Below, in pieces: positions 9,391 to 15,587 of a stretch of DNA of 64,000 nucleotides. The first letter of the stretch is position 1; the number at the start of each line of letters is the position of its first letter. This stretch comes from Solirubrobacteraceae bacterium. GTDB lineage: Bacteria; Actinomycetota; Thermoleophilia; Solirubrobacterales; Solirubrobacteraceae. The notes under the pieces are model-generated. The model was not told the origin of the DNA. It was given only the letters and a program-made list of their open reading frames with translations, and ran no database searches. The stretch lies in assembly GCA_036269915.1 (NCBI GenBank), contig DATBDM010000131.1, positions 4,749-68,748 on the forward strand. The letters are read 5' to 3'. The position numbers and the translations under genes were made by a program.

Positions 9391-9482
9391 GCCCCGCGCG
9401 CCGACGCGGCGCACGTTATGCGTGGTCAGCGCATACAACGTGCGGCGCATGCCCCTCGCGCCGACGCGGCGCACGTTATGCG
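9391..9482. repeat. two 32-nt direct repeats (31/32 identical) at 60-bp period
   Basis: 9391-9422 GCCCCGCGCGCCGACGCGGCGCACGTTATGCG versus 9451-9482 GCCCCTCGCGCCGACGCGGCGCACGTTATGCG. Each holds the mini-hairpin GCGCCG-ACG-CGGCGC. Confidence 0.85.
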
Positions 9483-9596
9483 GGGCGGAGCTCACTCGCG
9501 CGACGACGCGACACGCGACCCGCCCGGCGCCCGGACCTCCCTCGATGCAAGCCGCTGACGTTCGCCGAGCCCACCGGCACCGCCGACACGTGGCGC

Positions 9597-9633
9597 AACC
9601 CTCCGAAAAGGGTCAGACCCCTTTCGGAGGGTT
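9597..9633 (-). terminator. hairpin AACCCTCCGAAAAGG...CCTTTCGGAGGGTT 10 nt downstream of the glycosidase-like gene stop
   Basis: Stem of about 14 bp with one bulged A and the loop TCAGAC. There is no clear U-tract; such I-shaped terminators are reported as common in high-GC actinobacteria. Confidence 0.5.
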
Positions 9634-9642
9634 AGGGGCAGC

Positions 9643-12582
9643 TCACTTGCGCGTGACCGTGATCCCACCCGGGTCGAGGGAGGCGGTGAAGCGCACCGTG
9701 CCCGTCGTGTCGGCCACCACGCGCTGCGGCTTGCCCTTGCCGTGCACCTGGTACGTCGCGCCCGGCGTCAGGGCGGAGATGGTGAAGTTGCGCGTGCCCG
9801 TCCCCGGGAGGTGCAGCTCGACCCGTGCGGCGCTGTGGCGGACCTCGGTGTCGCCCACGCGATAGTCGAAGTCGCGCCGGGAGAGCGGGTCGATCGTGAC
9901 GTCGGTGACGCCGAGGCGGATGCCGTAGGCGACCTCGCGCAGCAGCATCACGACGACCTCGGGGTACTCGTGGTAGTACGGCGCGCGGGTCGCTGTGCCC
10001 GAGCAGTCGTAGCGCTCGGTCAGCCAGGTCCGCTCGAGCAGGTCCTTCTGCAGCGGCGCGAGCAGCGTGTCCTGGAACGTCTTCGCGTCGCCCACCGCCG
10101 CCCGCGCGTAGGCGTCCGCCCAGCCGATCCGGCCCATGCTCACCGCCGAATCGCCCGTGTTGCCCCCGTAGGTCTCGGTCGGCCCGTAGAAGCGCTCGGA
10201 GACCCATGTCGCGCGGCCGTGCGTGCATGGCCCCGAGTCGACGCGGCTCAGCACGGCCGCGGCGCGGGCGCCCGTCGCGACGCCGTTGGCGACCGCGAGC
10301 AGGTTCGAGTCGTAGTCGACGAGGTCGCGCGTCGTGCCGTCGTGGTTGAGCTGGGTGACGTAGTGGTCGCCCGCCCACAGCTTGTCGTTCATCGCCGCGG
10401 CGATCGTCGTCGCCATCTGCCGGTGCTTCGCCGCGTCGCCGGCCCGGCCGGTCGCGTCCTCGGCCTCGGCGACGTCGCGCAGCAGCCCGACCATGTACGC
10501 GTTCGTGTCCGACGTGAAGCCGTTGCGGATGAAGACGTCGATCCACAGCGGGCCGGGCGCGTCGATCAGCCCGACCGACGGATCGAAGCGGTCGGTGAGG
10601 AACGACAGCGCGCGCTCGACGTCGGGCATGCGCGCCGTCAGCCACGCCGTGTCCCCCGTCGCCTCCGCATACCGCAGCGCGGCGGCGATCCAGAAGATGT
10701 TCGGCCCCGTCTGGGTCGCGCCGGAGATCGCCACGAACGTCGGCTGGTCGCCCTCGAAGTGGTGCGGGAGCTGGCCCGACGGCGCCATCGCCGCCTCCGA
10801 GTGCTCGATCGTGTCGCGCGCCTGGCGGATCAGGTAGCGGTCGCCCGACCACAGCAGCGCCGAGTCGATCATGAAGGTGTCCGGGTCGTAGAAGTTGCGC
10901 CCGTTGCCGTACGACCAGCCCGGATGGGCAAGCGTCGGCGCAGCCTCGCCCGGCAGCGCGTAGGTGTCGAGGACGCCGGCCGCGGTGCCGTAGACGCCGG
11001 TCAGGATCGCCGCGAGGTCGTCGGCGAGCAGCGTCGGATGGCCGGGCAGCCCGGCGGTCGGGAAGTCGCGGTCGTTGGGGGTGAGCCGCGTGTGCACGGC
11101 CCAGCGCTCGCCGGCCGTGACGTGGGTGGCCGGCGCGGCCTCCCAGCCCTGGCCGTCCCACTCGCCGCGGCGGGGGTAGCGCCCGGCGAGCACCTGCTCG
11201 ACCCCGGACGCGGGCGTCGCGGGCGAGGCGGAGCCGGCGGGCGCGTTGCGCAGCACCGTCTCGCGCTGGCCGCGCGCGCGCACGTCGATCGCCGCGCCCC
11301 CGCCGATCGCGTAGAAGCGGTGCAGGCGCGAGCGCGAGGCGAAGTACGGGTCGCCGGAGTCGATCCGCTCGGTCACGCCGCGCCGGAACAGGCCGTAGGC
11401 GGCCGGCGGCGCGTACGCCTGGGCGACGCGAAGCGACGCGACGTCCGCCGAGCGCAGCGCGCGGGTGCGCACGGCGAGGCCGAGCGTGCGGCTGCCGCGC
11501 CGCAGCGTGAGCGTCCAGCGCGACGTCGCGAGCGGCGCGGACGCATCGTCGACGACGCCCTCGATCCGCACCCGCGCGAGGTCCGCGCCGTCGTCGAGCA
11601 CCGTGACGCGGAGGTCCGGCGCGGCGGCGGCGCTGGAGGCGTGGCGGCCCGCGCCCGGCGCGGGGTCGTTCGCGCCGAGGTCGGGAGTGATCGTGCGATC
11701 GCCCTGCGCGGTGAGCGCGACGACCTGCAGCTGCGTCGCGAACTCCGACGTCGAGCGGTTCGGGACGCCGTCGGGCAGCGTGACCCCGGTCAGCGCCGCG
11801 GTCGAGCTCACCGGCACGGCCGCGTCGTAGACGATGAAGCGATGCGCCTCGTTGGCGTCGCCGCGGTGGCGATAGGGCACGTCGAAGGCCGGGTGCAGGT
11901 CAGCGCTGTCGGACGGGCCGGCGCCCCAGTCGGGGATGGCGACCTCGTGTGTCTCGGTGGTGCCGTCGGCGAAGTGCAGCGTGAACGTGCCGGTCGCGTC
12001 GCCGTCGGAGGCGAAGGCGATCACGTGCACCGTGCGCGCCGTCGCGCGATCGGAGTCCGCGAAGGAGAACGTCTGGCCGCGGGCGACGGCGACGTTGGGC
12101 GCCGCGCCGCTCGTATCGGGCATGCGCACGGGGACGCCGTCCTGCGCGGTGGCGACCGTCCCGCCCGGCGGGAGCTGCTCGGCCGGCAGCGAGAACGGCG
12201 CCGGGCCGGGGATCTGGCCGGCGTCGCCGTGCTGGGGATCGGTGATGCCGATCGCGTTCAGGACGCGGGCCGGCAGCACGTCGGTGCGCTCGAGCTGGAC
12301 ACCGCTGCGCGAGAGCGCGTCGGCGCCCGAGGTCGTCACGTCCGCGCCGTAGCTCCCGCCGCCCGCGACGTCGCCCTGCAGCGTGTCGATGCCGGGGTGG
12401 CGCAGGTCGAAGTGCGCGCGGACGAAGCCGTTGACGAGCGTGATGCCGTCGGCCGATCGCTGCAGCGTCACCCGCTGGTCGGTCGCGGCGCCGGCGACCG
12501 CCGGCACGCCGAGGAGCAGCGCCACCGCGACCGCAGCCACGCTGACAACGTTGTCACCCAGTGCCCCGCGCCCGATCCGCAT
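9643..12582 (-). CDS. secreted large glycoside-hydrolase-like protein ((alpha/alpha)6-barrel-like C-terminal half; N-terminal half unassigned)
   Basis: 979 aa. Signal peptide 'VSVAAVAVALLLGVPAVAGAATD'. Strong SD GGGAGGAG upstream of ATG 12582. The C-terminal region 'PNIFWIAAALRYAEATGDTAWL...GLIDAPGPLWIDVF...TNAYMVGLLRDVAEA...DYDSNLLAVANGV...WLTERYD' looks like six-hairpin glycosidases. The family was not identified by eye. Confidence 0.55.
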   Translation of the reverse strand: MRIGRGALGDNVVSVAAVAVALLLGVPAVAGAATDQRVTLQRSADGITLVNGFVRAHFDLRHPGIDTLQGDVAGGGSYGADVTTSGADALSRSGVQLERTDVLPARVLNAIGITDPQHGDAGQIPGPAPFSLPAEQLPPGGTVATAQDGVPVRMPDTSGAAPNVAVARGQTFSFADSDRATARTVHVIAFASDGDATGTFTLHFADGTTETHEVAIPDWGAGPSDSADLHPAFDVPYRHRGDANEAHRFIVYDAAVPVSSTAALTGVTLPDGVPNRSTSEFATQLQVVALTAQGDRTITPDLGANDPAPGAGRHASSAAAAPDLRVTVLDDGADLARVRIEGVVDDASAPLATSRWTLTLRRGSRTLGLAVRTRALRSADVASLRVAQAYAPPAAYGLFRRGVTERIDSGDPYFASRSRLHRFYAIGGGAAIDVRARGQRETVLRNAPAGSASPATPASGVEQVLAGRYPRRGEWDGQGWEAAPATHVTAGERWAVHTRLTPNDRDFPTAGLPGHPTLLADDLAAILTGVYGTAAGVLDTYALPGEAAPTLAHPGWSYGNGRNFYDPDTFMIDSALLWSGDRYLIRQARDTIEHSEAAMAPSGQLPHHFEGDQPTFVAISGATQTGPNIFWIAAALRYAEATGDTAWLTARMPDVERALSFLTDRFDPSVGLIDAPGPLWIDVFIRNGFTSDTNAYMVGLLRDVAEAEDATGRAGDAAKHRQMATTIAAAMNDKLWAGDHYVTQLNHDGTTRDLVDYDSNLLAVANGVATGARAAAVLSRVDSGPCTHGRATWVSERFYGPTETYGGNTGDSAVSMGRIGWADAYARAAVGDAKTFQDTLLAPLQKDLLERTWLTERYDCSGTATRAPYYHEYPEVVVMLLREVAYGIRLGVTDVTIDPLSRRDFDYRVGDTEVRHSAARVELHLPGTGTRNFTISALTPGATYQVHGKGKPQRVVADTTGTVRFTASLDPGGITVTRK
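12543..12556. promoter_or_regulatory. perfect 14-bp palindrome TGACAACGTTGTCA (LacI/GalR-type operator candidate) 26-39 nt inside the glycosidase-like CDS
   Basis: Exact self-complementarity with a central CG, read directly from the sequence. Confidence 0.45.
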
Positions 12583-12652
12583 CCTCTGGCTCCTCCCGCC
12601 CGACCGAGCCGCGCTCCCTGCGCGGCCTCGGCCCGGAGGTCTAGCGCCTGAC

Positions 12653-12666
12653 TGACAGCGTTGTCA
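12653..12666. promoter_or_regulatory. near-perfect copy TGACAGCGTTGTCA of the same palindrome, 71-84 nt upstream of the glycosidase-like start
   Basis: 13 of 14 positions match the site at 12543-12556. It lies between the HAD stop (12676) and ATG 12582. Confidence 0.45.
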
Positions 12667-12675
12667 AGGCGCGGG

Positions 12676-13368
12676 TCAGACCGCGGCCTCGGCGCGGCGG
12701 CCGAGCACGTCGAGGAAGCCGTCGAGCCCGAGCCCGTCGAGATCCGCGACGATCGCGTCGGCCTCCCCCAGGTCCATGGCCTCGGTGATCGGGTTCGGGA
12801 ACGCGATCACCTGCATGCCGGCGGCGCGCGCCGCCTTGACGCCGTTGGGGGAATCCTCGACGGCGACGGCCGCGGCCGCGTCGACGCCGAGCAGCGCGGC
12901 CGCCTCGCGGTAGAGCAGCGGATGGGGCTTGGCGCGGTCGGCGTCGCCGTCGGCGGCGACGACCTCGATGTCGTCGTAGAGGCCCAGCCGGGCGAGGTGG
13001 CCACGCACCCAGCGCTCGCTCGCGCTCGTGACCACGGCGACGTGCAGGCCACGGTCGCGCGCCTCGTCGACGAGCTGCTCGATGCCGGGACGCAGCCGCT
13101 CCTGTTCGAGCAGCTGGTGATGGCGCCGCTTGGCGCGGTCCTCGAGCACGTCGCGGTCGACGTCGGTGCCGAGGTGCTCCTCGAGCAGCTCGAGCGGATC
13201 GACGCCGCCGATCGTGCCGACGGCCGCGGACCAGGCCTCGGGGGTGAGCTCGTAGCCGTGCTCGTCGAGCAGCTCGCGCCAGGACCCGTAGGACGCGCTC
13301 TCGGTCTCGAGCATGGTGCCGTCGAAGTCGAGCAGGATCGCCCGGACGGGAGGCGGATCGATCGTCAT
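12676..13368 (-). CDS. HAD-IA family hydrolase (beta-phosphoglucomutase-like)
   Basis: 'AILLDFDGTMLETE' (DxDxT), 'HVAVVTSASERW', 'KPHPLLY', 'AVAVEDSPNGVKAARAAGM'. Confidence 0.85.
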   Translation of the reverse strand: MTIDPPPVRAILLDFDGTMLETESASYGSWRELLDEHGYELTPEAWSAAVGTIGGVDPLELLEEHLGTDVDRDVLEDRAKRRHHQLLEQERLRPGIEQLVDEARDRGLHVAVVTSASERWVRGHLARLGLYDDIEVVAADGDADRAKPHPLLYREAAALLGVDAAAAVAVEDSPNGVKAARAAGMQVIAFPNPITEAMDLGEADAIVADLDGLGLDGFLDVLGRRAEAAV

Positions 13369-13392
13369 CGCAGACCAGCCTACGATCCCCCG

Positions 13393-14313
13393 ATGGATCT
13401 ATGCCTCATGGTCGAGGGCCAGGAGGGCGTGAGCTGGCCCGAGTGGGTCGCGCTCGCACAGGGCTGCGAGGCGCACGGCATCCCCGCGATGTTCCGCTCG
13501 GACCACCACCTCAACCTCGACGGCCGCGCCGATCGGGGCTCGCTCGACGCCTGGGCGACCATCGCCGCGCTCGGCGCGGTGACGAGCACGGTCCGGCTCG
13601 GCACGCTCGTCTCCCCCGCCACCTTCCGGCACCCCTCGGCGCTGGCCAAGGCGGTGCTCGCCGCCGACCACGCATCGGGCGGGCGGGTCGAGCTCGGCCT
13701 CGGCGCCGGCTGGCACGCGCGCGAGCACGAGGCCTACGGCTTCGCCTTCCCGCCGCTCAAGGAGCGCATGGACCGGCTCGAGGAGCAGCTCGAGATCGTC
13801 CACGGCCACTGGGCCGACGGTTCGTTCTCGTTCTCGGGCCGCCACTACCGGCTCGTCGACCTCGACGCGCAGCCCAAGCCGCTGCAGCGCCCGCACCCGC
13901 CGCTGCTGATGGGCGGCGCGGCCGGGCCGCGCGGGGCGCGCCTCGCCGCGCGCTGGGCCGACGAGTACAACACGGTCATGCCGACGGCCGCCGAGGTGCG
14001 CGAGCGCCGCGAGCGCATCGAGCGGGCCTGCGAGGCGGCCGGGCGGGCGCCCATCCCGCTGTCGGTGATGACCGGCTTCGTCGTCGGCCGCGACGACGCG
14101 GAGCTGCGCGATCGCAAGCGGGCGCTGGCCGAGTGGCGCGGCACCGACGAGCTGCCGGACACGTGGATCGCCGGCACGCTCGACCAGGCGACCGAGCAGC
14201 TCGCCGCGCTGCGCGACGCCGGCGTGCACCGGGTGATGCTGCAGAACCTCCTCCACCGCGACCTCGACGTGCTCGCGCTGATCGGCGAGGAGCTCGCGCC
14301 CCGGCTCGCCTGA
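13393..14313 (+). CDS. luciferase-like monooxygenase (LLM class, probably F420-dependent) oxidoreductase
   Basis: 306 aa from ATG 13393 inside ORF 12661..14313. 'FRSDHH', 'DAWATIAALGAVTSTVRLGTLVSPATFRHPSALAKAV', 'GGRVELGLGAGW', 'HPPLLMGG'. Confidence 0.8.
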   Translation: MDLCLMVEGQEGVSWPEWVALAQGCEAHGIPAMFRSDHHLNLDGRADRGSLDAWATIAALGAVTSTVRLGTLVSPATFRHPSALAKAVLAADHASGGRVELGLGAGWHAREHEAYGFAFPPLKERMDRLEEQLEIVHGHWADGSFSFSGRHYRLVDLDAQPKPLQRPHPPLLMGGAAGPRGARLAARWADEYNTVMPTAAEVRERRERIERACEAAGRAPIPLSVMTGFVVGRDDAELRDRKRALAEWRGTDELPDTWIAGTLDQATEQLAALRDAGVHRVMLQNLLHRDLDVLALIGEELAPRLA

Positions 14314-14314
14314 C

Positions 14315-14752
14315 ATGCCAACGCTCTGGACCATCGGCTACGAGAAGCTGCTCCCGCCGGAGCTCGTCGCCGAGCTCGAGCACGCGGGCGTCGAGCGCGT
14401 CATCGACGTGCGCTTCCGCCCGCAGTCGCGGCGGCCCGGGATGAGCAAGACGCGGCTGGGCGAGATGCTCGGCGATCGCGGGATCGTCTACGAGCCGCGC
14501 CGCACGCTCGGCACGCCGCCCGACATCCGCCACCTGTTCCGCACGAACCGGATCCCGGAGGCGCGCAGGCTGTTCCACACCCACCTCGAGGCGAGCGCCG
14601 CGGACGAGCTCGACGCCCTCGCCGCCGAGCTGCCGAACGCGCCGCGCACCGCGCTCCTGTGCCTGGAGGCCGACCCGGCCGACTGCCACCGGCGGGTGGT
14701 CGCGGAGTCGCTGGCGCAGCGGCTGCCGGGCCTCGACGTCATCGATCTGTAG
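14315..14752 (+). CDS. DUF488 family protein
   Basis: 'LWTIGYEKLLPPELVAELEHAGVERVIDVRFRPQSRRPGMSK', 'ALLCLEADPADCHRRVVAE' match the DUF488 pattern. It starts 1 nt after the LLM stop. Confidence 0.75.
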   Translation: MPTLWTIGYEKLLPPELVAELEHAGVERVIDVRFRPQSRRPGMSKTRLGEMLGDRGIVYEPRRTLGTPPDIRHLFRTNRIPEARRLFHTHLEASAADELDALAAELPNAPRTALLCLEADPADCHRRVVAESLAQRLPGLDVIDL

Positions 14753-15587
14753 CCCACGCCTCGCGAACCGCGACGGCGGTGTCGGGGTGGTCGGCGAAGA
14801 CGCCGTCGACCCCGAGCTCCATGAAGCGGCGCAGCTCGGCCTCGGTGTCCGCGTCCTCGGGCCGGAACACCCAGGCGTGGACCAGCAGCCCGGCGCGGTG
14901 CGCGTCGCCGGCGAGGGCCGGCGAGACCTGGCTCTTCTCCGGCCCGATCGCCTGCGCGTAGCCCGCGACGTCCTCGAGCGCGAGCGCCGGCAGGCTCGGG
15001 GCGGTCAGCTGCACGCGCGGCGCGTCGACGAGGGCGGCGAGCCGGCGCAGGCTGTCGGGGTCGAAGGACTGCAGGAAGACGGGGGCATCGGGGCGGTCGA
15101 GGTGGTTGCGCGTCAGCGCGGCGGCCAGCGGGTCCTCGAGCGCGAGGCCGAGCGAGCGGAAGTACGCCGGATGCTTGGTCTCCGGGTAGATGCCGACCTG
15201 GGCGCGGCGGGCGAGGTCGATCACCTCCTGCAGCGTCGGGACGGTGAAGCGACCGTCGAACGCGGCGTTCGCCGGCCGTACGTCGGGGATGCGCTCGGTC
15301 GCGCGCAGCGTGCGCAGCTCGGCGAGCGTGAAGTCCTCGGTGAACCAGCCGTCGTGCTCGCGCCCGTCGATCGTGCGCGTCGCACGGCGGCCGGCGAACT
15401 CCGGCCGGCTCGCCACGTCCGTCGTCTGCGTGATGTCGTTCTCGTGGCGGGCGACGAGCTCGCCGTCACGGGTCGCGACGAGGTCGGGCTCGATGAAGTC
15501 CGCGCCCATCGCGATCGCCAGCTCGTAGGCGGCCAGCGTGTGCTCGGGGCGGTATGCGGACGCGCCCCGGTGGGCGATGACGATCAC
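14739..15587 (-). CDS. glycerophosphodiester phosphodiesterase (GDPD family)
   Basis: 282 aa from GTG 15587, which overlaps the upstream stop as GTGA. 'VIAHRGASAYRPEHTLAAYELAIAMGADFIEPDLVATRDGELVARHEN', 'TLAELRTL', 'VPTLQEVIDL', 'IYPETKHP', 'VHAWVFRPE', 'GVDGVFADHPD'. Confidence 0.88.
   Translation of the reverse strand: MIVIAHRGASAYRPEHTLAAYELAIAMGADFIEPDLVATRDGELVARHENDITQTTDVASRPEFAGRRATRTIDGREHDGWFTEDFTLAELRTLRATERIPDVRPANAAFDGRFTVPTLQEVIDLARRAQVGIYPETKHPAYFRSLGLALEDPLAAALTRNHLDRPDAPVFLQSFDPDSLRRLAALVDAPRVQLTAPSLPALALEDVAGYAQAIGPEKSQVSPALAGDAHRAGLLVHAWVFRPEDADTEAELRRFMELGVDGVFADHPDTAVAVREAWATDR

Larger units (their letters stand above)
9161..9567. repeat. composite palindromic intergenic element E1 (MITE/REP-like), bounded by inverted repeats CCGGCGAACGTCAAC / GCTGACGTTCGCCG
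   Basis: Left end 9161-9177 CCGGCGAACGTCAACCC. Right end 9554-9567 is its reverse complement at 13 of 14 positions. Three copies of the module TCCCTCGATGC-N4/5-G(T/C)TGACGT: reverse complement at 9161-9190, direct at 9323-9347 and direct at 9538-9564. A ~60-nt direct duplication links 9291-9350 and 9508-9566. Two perfect hairpins and a 32-nt tandem repeat lie inside. Confidence 0.6.

Noticed and set aside
9391-9482. Possible mini CRISPR array: 32-nt repeats containing a palindrome, separated by a 28-nt spacer.
   Set aside because: There are only two repeat copies and no third, even degenerate, copy on either side. The spacer contains an inverted copy of part of the repeat. No cas genes are in the window. 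The unit is embedded in a larger palindromic element.
9286-9865. Small ORFs inside element E1: 9286..9495(-), 9340..9558(+) and 9380..9865(+).
   Set aside because: Their repetitive peptide sequences (for example 'APTRRTLC' occurring twice) simply mirror the DNA direct repeats. They have no SD and no coding-like third-position bias, and they overlap each other in different frames.
9742-12651. 969-aa plus-strand ORF antisense to the secreted glycosidase-like gene. Similar giant antisense or out-of-frame ORFs include 35717..39154(-), 39931..42465(-), 39018..41888(+), 46028..48406(+), 50684..53839(-) and 14739..17420 upstream part.
   Set aside because: Their translations are monotonous Arg/Ala/Gly/Pro/Asp strings with no domain-like motifs. 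The opposite or alternative frame encodes proteins with clear family signatures. These are shadow ORFs, expected from stop-codon scarcity in very GC-rich DNA.
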